Positions 19,069 through 27,778 of a DNA stretch of 64,000 bases are shown in pieces. How positions within the stretch are numbered: the stretch's first letter is position 1; every line of letters begins with the position of its first letter. Source of the DNA: an uncultured Armatimonadetes bacterium (lineage in GTDB: Bacteria > Armatimonadota > UBA5829 > DTJY01); assembly GCA_963717145.1 (NCBI GenBank), contig OY970325.1, positions 2,720,001 to 2,784,000 on the forward strand. The letters run 5' to 3'. The notes beneath the pieces are model-generated. The model made no database searches and was not told the origin of the DNA. It worked only from the letters and a program-made list of their open reading frames with translations. A program made the position numbers and the translations under genes.

Positions 19069-19776
19069 CTATTCGAATCCGTACTTGGGAGGAACGATCT
19101 TGATGTTCCTATACCCTGGCTGCCCAAACAGGCGAGGCGCCAGCTTCTCATTGCCTGGAAAGGGCTTTGTCCTGTCAGAGACGGACTTAGCATCATCGAA
19201 TGCCTTCCCAACAGTCGCCCCTTTGCATATCTCTGTCCAGAAGATATCGTGGAATCTCTGGTAAGGCTTATCCTCAAGATAGAGCACGTTCTTGAATCCC
19301 ACAACAGCTCGTACACCAGCGCCTTGGAAAGCCCTGGCTATTGAGTTCGCCTCGGGAATGACCAGTGGATTCCCCCAGCACGTCGAGTTCGCGCCTGCTG
19401 ACACGCAGGCCATCAGGTAAGCAAGTCGGATGTGGTCCAGGTTCTTCCCGTCTATCTTGAATTTCTGCACGTCCGGGGAAGGGTCCGTCTGGTATCTGTA
19501 TATCCCAGAATTCCGTGTGGGATCCCTGAATTGCAGATAACTATTCCCCTGTCCGTCGAGATAGCCGTGTCCTGCATACACCCAGACGGCGCTGGGCTTT
19601 CTATACATCTGGTCTGCGGTGCTGACGCACATATTGAGCGTGTGGATCGTGTAACGGGGTTCCTTATCGTTCATCATACCCGTCCCGCCCGCTTCCGGCA
19701 GTCCCGCCGGATAGAATGGCGCATACCTGCCCCTAGGAGGTTCATCGAACGCAAGCAGACGTGGAATATAGCGCAT
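19069..19776 (-). CDS. Caspase/gingipain-fold (CHAT/DUF6345-like) His-Cys peptidase-like protein
   Basis: VYAGHG and AYLMAC dyad motifs, then RAVVGF...FWTEICKGATVGKAF. Start uncertain: ATG 19776 has GGAGG, but the ORF is open to 19953. Confidence 0.6.
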   Translation of the reverse strand: MRYIPRLLAFDEPPRGRYAPFYPAGLPEAGGTGMMNDKEPRYTIHTLNMCVSTADQMYRKPSAVWVYAGHGYLDGQGNSYLQFRDPTRNSGIYRYQTDPSPDVQKFKIDGKNLDHIRLAYLMACVSAGANSTCWGNPLVIPEANSIARAFQGAGVRAVVGFKNVLYLEDKPYQRFHDIFWTEICKGATVGKAFDDAKSVSDRTKPFPGNEKLAPRLFGQPGYRNIKIVPPKYGFE

Positions 19777-20075
19777 TACCCCCTCCAGTCGCCCGGCTAT
19801 GTTCGCGGCCTTGCTCATGCACCCCTCAAGGCGGCCATACCGCCGCACGGTGCAGGAGAGTATGGCATGAATTGCGGGCAAGTCCAGCGCCCACCTGTGA
19901 GAATGGACTCTTGTTACAGAGGCAATATACCACGTGGCGCCGTGGCCGGTCAAGATTGGCCGGACATGCCTGGCCGCACACTAGAGGAGGTGAGCTGCGA
20001 TACCACGTGGAAAGGAGGCAGAGCCCGTAGTGGCCCTGCCTCCTTCATGTCAAAGCAATGATCGACTAAGCCTGA

Positions 20076-23000
20076 TCAGAACTCGCCTATGTCAACCAGG
20101 CACTTGTCATCCGTCAGGAAAACCGTCCTGCCGGAGACCGCCACCGACTTCGAGAAGATCCCGGATGACAGGAACGCCTGCGCGACCGGCGACGATGGAG
20201 ATGAGATATCGAATACCTGCAGCCCATTGCCCGTAGTCGAGTAGCTGCTGCTGGCAACGAATGCGCGACTGCCTGCCAGGCAGATGCCGACAGCAGAACC
20301 CCTGGCCGACGTGGTGCCCACCAGTTGAGGCAGTTTCGGCTGCGCAAGACTGACTACCTGAAGGCCGGAGTAGCCTGCAGCAATGTAAGCACGACCCTGG
20401 TCGATAGCAACATCGTAGGCGTTAGAGGGCGTCTGGAACGACCCTGCGATTACCGGCTTCAGGCTGTCCGTTGCATCAACGATCTGCAGCCCACCGGTAC
20501 CATCGGCGATGGCGACCAGATTCCCGGACGCTGAGACAGCAAACGCCTGCCCTGGTGTGTCAACTGATCCCAGTTTCCGAGGATGAAGAGGATCGCTTAT
20601 ATCAACTATTATCAGGCCGGCCAGGTATGCAGCCACGTAGGCCTTGCCACCCGATATGCACACGCCAAATGCGTAATCGTCCAAGCTCACGGTCGCATCC
20701 TCGAGCAGATCGGGATTCGCCGGATCGGATATATCCACTACCTTCAGACTCTTGCCATCCGCAACGAAAGCGTAGCCGTCCCCGCTGACCGCGACATCGT
20801 AAGGTGATTCCATCCGGAGATAGCCAACCGACGCAGGTTTTGATGTTTGAGTAAGATCATAAATATACAATGATGCCTGAGACGTCGCATACAGGTAGTT
20901 GGCGTTCACCGTTACACCATACGATCGATTGGCCTCTGCCAGTCCACTGGGACTGAACGGGACAGCGGGATTCGTTGCATCTATGATGGTCAGCCCTGAA
21001 GTGCGAGCAGCCAGGCACGCAATGCCACCGTGTTCAGCTACTCCACCCCGAATCGAGCCGGCTACCGCATGGAAAGATAACCTCAGCGGCGCTGAGGGAT
21101 TGGTCAGATCGTGAATCTCCAGTCCATTTGCAGTGATTGCATAGCTGGAGCTTGCTATGTATGCCAGGTTCCCCACATCGGACATATGGACGCCCGCTGC
21201 CGATCCCAGCGTCCGAGACTGGCCAAGCAGTTGCGGAGCCGAGCTGTCAGCGACCCCGACTGCGAGGACGCCCGCAGTCCGCGCGGCAACGTAGGCGATT
21301 CCCTGCCTCAGGTCAACGTCGAGCGCATAGTCGGGAGTCGCAAGGGATCCCGCAAGCACGGGGGCTCGAGGATCAGTTACATTCACCGTCAACATGCCGC
21401 CACTGCCATCCGCCACGACGGCCAGATTGCCCTCTACAGACACCGCATTGGCCTGGCCAACCGTGTCTACCGTGCCAAGCATCGACGGGGCAAGGCGATT
21501 CTGAATATCGACGATCGCCAGCCCCGCCGTGTAGTTGGCCACGTACAACTTGTTGTCTGATACGCACAGACCGAACACGAAGTCCGGCATCGCAAGGGTC
21601 GCGACCACCGCCGGGTTCGTTGGATCCCGTACGTCCACAACCTTCAGATCCCTGCTGGCGCCGACGTAGACGAATCCATCGCCGCTCGTCGCCACATCAT
21701 ACGGGTAGCTGATGTCCGCAGAACCCGTGACTAACGGGTTCTGCGGATCGGTTATGTCTACCACCTGGAGGCCGGTGGATGACGTGACGTATGCGTATGG
21801 TCCTGACATCGCGACCCAGTACGCCTCGCCGATCACCGGAGTCTTTGCGACCCAGCGCGGCTGGATCGGCACGTCGATGATAAGGCTGGCGAGATTGGAG
21901 TAGAGCCCGGAGGAGGATCCACCCGCATAGACTCGATAGCTGTACTGCGTGAGCGGTACGCACGACTGATCGACGTATGTCGTGGTATTCGCCGGCAGGG
22001 TAGTGGCCTGCCATGGCCCGCTCACTCCATTTGTGCTTCTCTCAACGACGTAGCTGGTCTCGCGCTGGCTGTTGTCCGCCCATGTGAGGCTTATGCTGTT
22101 CGATGAGGTCGCGACCGCGCTCAGATTCGAGGGCGGCTTCAGCATCGTGGTATCGGAAGCAACCGCCGAGTAATCCGAGTTCACACCATTATTGACGGAG
22201 CAGACGCGGTAGTAATAGGTGGTTCCCTCCGACAGGCTCACATCCTTGTATGTCTTGACGTCCGCGCCCACGGTCTTGACCGCACTGAAGCCCGTGGTAG
22301 ACATCGTGCTGCGCTCGATTGCGAAGCCCGTCTCGTTCGCGGACGTATCGCTCCAGGTGAGGTTGATCTCACTGTCCGAAGCCGCGGTGGCGCTCAGATT
22401 CGTCGGAGCAGCCGGCTTGACAGGCGGAGACGCAGGCGTCGTCACGGCCAATGTGTTCGAGTAGACGGAGTTGCCGGCCGTGTTGTACGCGCAGACTCTG
22501 TACAGGTATGACGTCGATGCAGAAACCGCGGCGTCCGAGTAGACAGCGGTTCCTGCCGCAGTCGTGTTGATCTGAACGAACACTCCGGTCGAAGCGGGCG
22601 CTCGCTCGACCTTGAACAGAGTCTCATCCGACGAATTGTCGGCCCACTGCAGATCGACCTTGTTGTATGCATTCGCCTTCAGGACGAGACCAGTCGGCGC
22701 TGCGGGCTTGGTTGGCGGAGCAGCAGGGGTCGTCACGGCCAATGTGTTCGAATAGACGGAGTTGCCCGCCGTGTTGTACGCGCAGACTCTGTACAGGTAT
22801 GACGTCGATGCAGAAACCGCGGCGTCCGAGTAGGTAGCGGTTCCCGCCGCAGTCGTGTCGATCTGAACGAAAACTCCGGTCGAAGCAGGCGCTCGCTCGA
22901 CCTTGAATAGAGTCTCATCCGAAGAATTGTCGGCCCACTGCAGATCGACCTTATTGTATGCATTCGCCGTCACTGCCAGATTCGTCGGGGCGGCCGGCTT

Positions 23001-24263
23001 GGTCGCCGGAGGCGCAGGCGTCGTCACGGCCAATGTGTTCGAGTAGATGGAGTTGCCCGCCGTGTTGTTCGCACAGACCCTATACAGGTATGCTGTCGAT
23101 GCAGAAACGGTCGCGTCCGAATACGTGATGGACTCCGCCACGGCTGTGTTGATCTGGACGAACACTCCGGTCGACGCCGGCGCTCGCTCGATCTTGAACA
23201 GAGTCTCATCCGAAGAATTGTCGACCCACTGCAGATCAACCTTATTGTATGCATTCACCTTCAAGACGAGACCAGTTGGCGCTGCAGGCCTGGTCGGCGG
23301 AGGAGCAGGCGTAGTCACGGTCACTGTATTCGAGTAGGCCGAGTTGCCCGCCGAATTCGATGCCAGGACGCGGTACCGATATCCTGTCGACGCAGAGACC
23401 GTCGCGTCCGCGTAGGTAGTGGATTCGGCGCTGGCTGTGTTTATCTGCACGAACGATCCGCTCGACGCCGGCGCTCGCTCGATCTTGAACAGAGTCTCAT
23501 TCGAAGAATTGTCGACCCACTGCAGATTGACGTTGCTTGCAGCGACTGACGTGGCAGCAAGCCCCGTAGGAGCAACAGGTAAAGTTGGCGGCTCTGCCGG
23601 CGTCGTTACAGCTACCGTATTCGAGTCGTCCGAGTCGCCGGTCGCGTTCTCTGCGCAAACTCGGTACTGATATGCCGTCGAGGCGGAAACCGTAGAGTCC
23701 GAATAGTTGGTGAACCCCGCTCCAACCGTGTCAATCTCGGCAAACGATCCGGTCGAAACCAGCGCTCGCTCGATCTTGAACAGAGTCTCATTCGAAGAAT
23801 TGTCGACCCACTGCAGACTGACGCTGCTATGAGAGGCTGCGGTCACGACGAGTCCGGTGGGAGCATCAGGCAGCGGACTGCCACCGGTGGTCCACACGGT
23901 AACCTTGTTGGATAGCACGTGACCGGTGCTTAGTGTGGCATCGATCTCGAACCAGTACTCGGTACCCGGGGTCAAGGGACTGATGTTCGTCATCGTCACC
24001 CTGTTCACGCTCTTCGTGTTGCGGTCGTCGCCACCGACCTCTCCCCAAGCGACCGAGTAGCCCCTGAGTACGCCCCCTGAGAGGATCAGCGACCACTTCA
24101 GTGCTATCGAGGTGTCGGTGGCTTTCGTGACGGACAGGTTCAGTGTGTTACCCGCCGCCTGTACAGGCGAAGACATGGGTGGAAGAAGCAGCAGACCTGC
24201 CGCCAGCAGCACTACTGCCAACGTGGCGGTCAACCACCTCGCGGTGTGTTCACGTTTCAACAT
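20076..24263 (-). CDS. 1395-aa secreted protein with eight fibronectin type III domains and LVIVD beta-propeller repeats
   Basis: Signal peptide; PAAPTGL...LQWxDNSSxETxFxIER...YxYRV units; many (G)L.VVD(I/V)xDP repeats; GGAGG SD. Confidence 0.92.
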   Translation of the reverse strand: MLKREHTARWLTATLAVVLLAAGLLLLPPMSSPVQAAGNTLNLSVTKATDTSIALKWSLILSGGVLRGYSVAWGEVGGDDRNTKSVNRVTMTNISPLTPGTEYWFEIDATLSTGHVLSNKVTVWTTGGSPLPDAPTGLVVTAASHSSVSLQWVDNSSNETLFKIERALVSTGSFAEIDTVGAGFTNYSDSTVSASTAYQYRVCAENATGDSDDSNTVAVTTPAEPPTLPVAPTGLAATSVAASNVNLQWVDNSSNETLFKIERAPASSGSFVQINTASAESTTYADATVSASTGYRYRVLASNSAGNSAYSNTVTVTTPAPPPTRPAAPTGLVLKVNAYNKVDLQWVDNSSDETLFKIERAPASTGVFVQINTAVAESITYSDATVSASTAYLYRVCANNTAGNSIYSNTLAVTTPAPPATKPAAPTNLAVTANAYNKVDLQWADNSSDETLFKVERAPASTGVFVQIDTTAAGTATYSDAAVSASTSYLYRVCAYNTAGNSVYSNTLAVTTPAAPPTKPAAPTGLVLKANAYNKVDLQWADNSSDETLFKVERAPASTGVFVQINTTAAGTAVYSDAAVSASTSYLYRVCAYNTAGNSVYSNTLAVTTPASPPVKPAAPTNLSATAASDSEINLTWSDTSANETGFAIERSTMSTTGFSAVKTVGADVKTYKDVSLSEGTTYYYRVCSVNNGVNSDYSAVASDTTMLKPPSNLSAVATSSNSISLTWADNSQRETSYVVERSTNGVSGPWQATTLPANTTTYVDQSCVPLTQYSYRVYAGGSSSGLYSNLASLIIDVPIQPRWVAKTPVIGEAYWVAMSGPYAYVTSSTGLQVVDITDPQNPLVTGSADISYPYDVATSGDGFVYVGASRDLKVVDVRDPTNPAVVATLAMPDFVFGLCVSDNKLYVANYTAGLAIVDIQNRLAPSMLGTVDTVGQANAVSVEGNLAVVADGSGGMLTVNVTDPRAPVLAGSLATPDYALDVDLRQGIAYVAARTAGVLAVGVADSSAPQLLGQSRTLGSAAGVHMSDVGNLAYIASSSYAITANGLEIHDLTNPSAPLRLSFHAVAGSIRGGVAEHGGIACLAARTSGLTIIDATNPAVPFSPSGLAEANRSYGVTVNANYLYATSQASLYIYDLTQTSKPASVGYLRMESPYDVAVSGDGYAFVADGKSLKVVDISDPANPDLLEDATVSLDDYAFGVCISGGKAYVAAYLAGLIIVDISDPLHPRKLGSVDTPGQAFAVSASGNLVAIADGTGGLQIVDATDSLKPVIAGSFQTPSNAYDVAIDQGRAYIAAGYSGLQVVSLAQPKLPQLVGTTSARGSAVGICLAGSRAFVASSSYSTTGNGLQVFDISSPSSPVAQAFLSSGIFSKSVAVSGRTVFLTDDKCLVDIGEF
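22440..23600 (-). repeat. Near-identical 291-bp tandem FN3-coding repeats
   Basis: Shadow ORFs recur at exact 291-bp spacing (22442, 22733, 23024); repeated DNA such as GAAGAATTGTCGRCCCACTGCAGAT. Confidence 0.85.
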
Positions 24264-24766
24264 ACGGAACCTCCTTCAGAGAGGTCATCCAGTACGGATG
24301 CCTGATCACGCGCTTGGTGTATGAGACCTGGGGCAGGCTGGTAGCATCGACAGACAGGTGATCCGACGACGAAAACTCCAGGAAGCTGTGCCGGCCTCCC
24401 GGATCCCATCGTGCCCACGGTCACTTGCTGTAGCTTTGGAATACCCCTGTTTCGCAGTCCGGACTGCGGACTGCTGTCCCCATACACGGTGCTTATGCCA
24501 TGATCGGGTGACTGATGATCCGAGCATTCATACCTGTTTTTGGCGTTCACTGGCTGTACCACAGACCGCTGACTCCATACCCTGGCTTTGTCTCCACGAG
24601 CGCTCGCACAATCGGCCCGCAACCGCTAGGAGAGCAAGCGCCCGCTTGTATATGGAGTAATCTTAGTGTCGGCATGTGAAGCTATCACCTTTATAGCCAT
24701 CGGCGGCAAACCATGCTCATTATACCCAGCACACCGCCAACTAAACCTTATCATCAATACGATTGT

Positions 24767-24797
24767 CGGCAGGACTGTCGATAGTCCTGCCCCCTAC
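24767..24797 (-). repeat. Single GTAG-type REP palindrome
   Basis: Minus strand reads GTAG followed by a G run and the hairpin GGCAGGACT-ATCGAC-AGTCCTGCC. Confidence 0.55.
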
Positions 24798-25188
24798 TTG
24801 CTAACTTAGGGCCGGTTCGCTGTACAAATCGAGATCATATCGGCAGCCTGCAGATGGGTAGGAGGGCGTTCCAATGCGTGACCGGACGCGGACTTACACG
24901 GACGAGGGTTCATCAACTGACAGTACATCGTGTACAACATGAGCGTGTCCTTACGCACTGGTGCGGGGATTCGCGCCCGCCTTCCGCAAGCCTCTTGCCT
25001 GCTGCTCGGTCTCCGGGCAATCCCCGCTCTGACCGTACATCTCTTTTTCGACTGCAGAGCAACCGCCGTTGTTCCCCGACTCGGGGCTCACAGGCCCACC
25101 GAGCATCCTGACTTAGCACGGGGCCGCTCACTTCGGGCGCAACCCTGTAAGACATGTCGGGGAATGTATTGCTTCCCCTCACACCACT

Positions 25189-25225
25189 ATTGTATCATAT
25201 TTTGTCAACATTGCGTCAACATTTG
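25189..25225 (-). promoter_or_regulatory. Sigma70-type extended -10 promoter with tandem direct repeat
   Basis: TG-A-TACAAT at 25197-25189; AATGTTGAC twice at 11-bp period (25204-25212, 25215-25223), each containing TTGAC. Confidence 0.55.
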
Positions 25226-25242
25226 TTCACGAATCAGGTGTC

Positions 25243-26577
25243 CTACGGAGTAGCCTCTTTCGCGCCCTGAGAGGGCTTATCAAACGACGCGATCCGACCG
25301 ATTACCAGGAACAGGAACGTAATACCGATGATCGGCATGACTCCCATAAGCATGATCGGGCCGGTAAACGAGCCGAACTTAGCCGCAAGGTATCCGGTGA
25401 CATAGGTGATCGCTATTCCGCCGAAACCCGCACCCATATGCGAGAGACCGGCCGCCGAGCCGACGATGCTCTTCGGCAGAACATCCGCCGGGATTGTCAA
25501 CATATTGACCGACCAACTCTGGTAGCAGAACATGACGATAGCGATCAGACCGACCGCAACGTTGATCGGCACGAAGGGCACTGCGAGGCCGACCATCATC
25601 AGGGTTGCGCAGGGGACCATGACCGTTTTGCGAGCACGGTTGATGCTCCATCCGCGCTTCACCAAGTTACTGGACGCCCACCCACCGAAGAGGTTCCCAA
25701 AATCTGATGCGAGGAATGAGAGTGTGGCAAAAACGGCCATCTTCTTGATATCCACGCCCCTGTCCTGCACGAAGTACATCGGCAGCCAGAAGGTGTAGAA
25801 CCACCAGATCGGATCCATGAAGAAACGGGTGAACACGACACCCCGCACCGCCTTGATCTTGAGCAGGTCCGGCCAGCGAACCTTCTCTGCTGCTGCGGAG
25901 GAGTGCTCTTCCTCTTGGGCACTGAGTATGTACTCCCGCTCCTCGTCGGTCACCAGGGGATGCTCACTGATCGGTCGGTAGAGGGCAAGCCATCCGATGA
26001 CCCAGACGAAGCCGATCAGACCGACGACAATGAAGGGCATGCGCCAACTATAACTCAGAAGCCAGACCACGAGGAGTGGCGCGATGACCGCGCCGACCGA
26101 CGAGCCGCTGTTGAACCATCCGATGGCAAATGAGCGCTCGCGGGCGGGAAACCACTCGGATATCGTCTTGATCGCCGCGGGCCAGTTCGCTGATTCTCCG
26201 AGTCCAAGGACGAACCGACAGGCGATGAAGCCGAGGACGATCGGCGCAACCGCGATCGGGATGATGCTCGAAAGCCCCTCACCGATCGATGCTGCCCACG
26301 CGGTCAGTACTCCCGCCGCCGACCAGACGGCCATCGACAGCACGTATCCTTTGCGCGAGCCGAGCTTGTCCATCAGCCAACCGGAGATGCTCGGCCCGAT
26401 CGTATAGGCCCAGAGGAACGCGGAGAAGACCAGTGCGAGCGTCGGGTCGTCAAGATGGTAGATCTCCTTTAGCACCGGCGCGGAGAGATTGATCGTCATG
26501 CGGTCGAGGTAGTTGATGATCGTTGCGAGAAAGATCAGCGCCAGAATGTACCATCTCACATGAGGTATCTTCTTCAC
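25243..26577 (-). CDS. MFS transporter, ACS family (ExuT-like hexuronate/sugar-acid permease)
   Basis: RWYIL..IFLATIINYLDR, GLGESANWPAA.K.ISEWFP.RER, RFFMDPIWWFY.FWLP. Confidence 0.9.
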   Translation of the reverse strand: MKKIPHVRWYILALIFLATIINYLDRMTINLSAPVLKEIYHLDDPTLALVFSAFLWAYTIGPSISGWLMDKLGSRKGYVLSMAVWSAAGVLTAWAASIGEGLSSIIPIAVAPIVLGFIACRFVLGLGESANWPAAIKTISEWFPARERSFAIGWFNSGSSVGAVIAPLLVVWLLSYSWRMPFIVVGLIGFVWVIGWLALYRPISEHPLVTDEEREYILSAQEEEHSSAAAEKVRWPDLLKIKAVRGVVFTRFFMDPIWWFYTFWLPMYFVQDRGVDIKKMAVFATLSFLASDFGNLFGGWASSNLVKRGWSINRARKTVMVPCATLMMVGLAVPFVPINVAVGLIAIVMFCYQSWSVNMLTIPADVLPKSIVGSAAGLSHMGAGFGGIAITYVTGYLAAKFGSFTGPIMLMGVMPIIGITFLFLVIGRIASFDKPSQGAKEATP

Positions 26578-27614
26578 GAATGACTCCCTTCCCAGGCTCT
26601 CACGGCCTCAACGAGCGCGTCGATGTTCTCCGAGGTCGTGCCGGCAGAGACGCCGCCGCCTGCCGAGAGGATGATCCGCCCGTTCGTCGCATTCAGGCAT
26701 CGGTTCGCCCACGCCGTGACCTCCTCCGGTATGCCTCGCGCCAGGACTCCGAGCGGTGGGACGCTTCCCATCAGCGTCACCCGGTCGCCGAGCCGCTTGT
26801 GCGCGTCCTCGATATCGAACTCATGGCTGAAGTTGAGTATCCCGATGCCCAGATCGGCCATCCGCTCGGCGAACGGTTGGATGCTAGCATCGTTATGATA
26901 CAACCTCAGCATTAGCGGGAAAGCGTCGAATATCCTCTTCAGGTACGGATGCGCGAATTCGTCGTAGTCGGTCGGCGAGAGCAGGCCGGGGATATCATCG
27001 AGTACGAGGATGCTCTCCACGTCAGGGAGGTTCTCCGCCTGAGCACGGAGCCAGCGGATGACGGTCTCGGTGCAGAGGTCGAGCAGCTTGTGCGACGGCT
27101 CGGGGTCGATCTTGATGTCGGTGAGGAACTCAGTCACGCCTCGGAGGTGCGTCGCCAGTGCGAGCGGTCCTCGGGCGGCGACCATGCGGATCGAATACCC
27201 CATCGGCTCGATCTGCCTCTGTGTCCACTGCTGCAGGTGCAGGACGAACGGCATCAGGCCGTGGACCTTCGGATTCGGGATCTCCAGACGGCTGACCTCA
27301 GAGATGTCCTCGATTATGTGCGAGACCGAGGCGGGCGAATCCTTCCACAAGGAGACTCGGCAGCCGAACGCGGACGGCTCCGTCGCCATGCCGTATTCGA
27401 CCCAGAACCCCGGCACGAAGATGACGTCCGGGAAGCGCTGCATCATCTCCAAGTTGGCCGCGAGCCACTTCTCCGGCTCGACGAAGTACTCCATCGCGCT
27501 GATGCCGGCCCATCCGGGGATCCACGGGCTGTCGACGATCAAGGCGACGCACGGCTTCTCGATCTTCCCAGCCGCCGCCCGGCGCAGGGTTTCGAATTGC
27601 TCTTTGGTCATCAC
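26574..27614 (-). CDS. Uroporphyrinogen decarboxylase/MtaA superfamily protein (non-canonical)
   Basis: GPLALATHLRG, LSPTDYDEFAHPY, LMGSVPP...G.PEEV, ILSAGGG...ENIDAL; no RQAGR motif. Confidence 0.85.
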   Translation of the reverse strand: MMTKEQFETLRRAAAGKIEKPCVALIVDSPWIPGWAGISAMEYFVEPEKWLAANLEMMQRFPDVIFVPGFWVEYGMATEPSAFGCRVSLWKDSPASVSHIIEDISEVSRLEIPNPKVHGLMPFVLHLQQWTQRQIEPMGYSIRMVAARGPLALATHLRGVTEFLTDIKIDPEPSHKLLDLCTETVIRWLRAQAENLPDVESILVLDDIPGLLSPTDYDEFAHPYLKRIFDAFPLMLRLYHNDASIQPFAERMADLGIGILNFSHEFDIEDAHKRLGDRVTLMGSVPPLGVLARGIPEEVTAWANRCLNATNGRIILSAGGGVSAGTTSENIDALVEAVRAWEGSHS

Positions 27615-27631
27615 AGACTCCTCCGGATAAA

Positions 27632-27760
27632 GATGTCCACCTTACGAAGGGGGACCGGCCTCCGGGCCGAGGGGGTTTCTCCGGCAGATGGAACCGCCAA
27701 GACGCCAAGACCGCCAAGCAAACCTCCCCCGGCCTGCCGGCCGGCCCCTCCTTCGTAAGG
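27632..27760 (-). repeat. ~125-bp intergenic repeat, copy 1 (REP/MITE-like)
   Basis: Homologous in reverse complement to 49910-50034; ends CCTTACGAAGG...CCTTCGTAAGG; internal ACCGCCAAGACGCCAAGA. Confidence 0.85.
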
Positions 27761-27778
27761 AAGGGCGCAGATATTCTC

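Noticed and set aside
24955..25030. tRNA-like or cobalamin/FMN riboswitch (GGGCGCGAATCCCCGCACCA on minus strand)
   Set aside because: Only a T-loop-like hairpin matches; no cloverleaf, B12 box or FMN core.
26574..27614. hemE assignment
   Set aside because: Lacks the RQAGR motif and a tetrapyrrole gene context.
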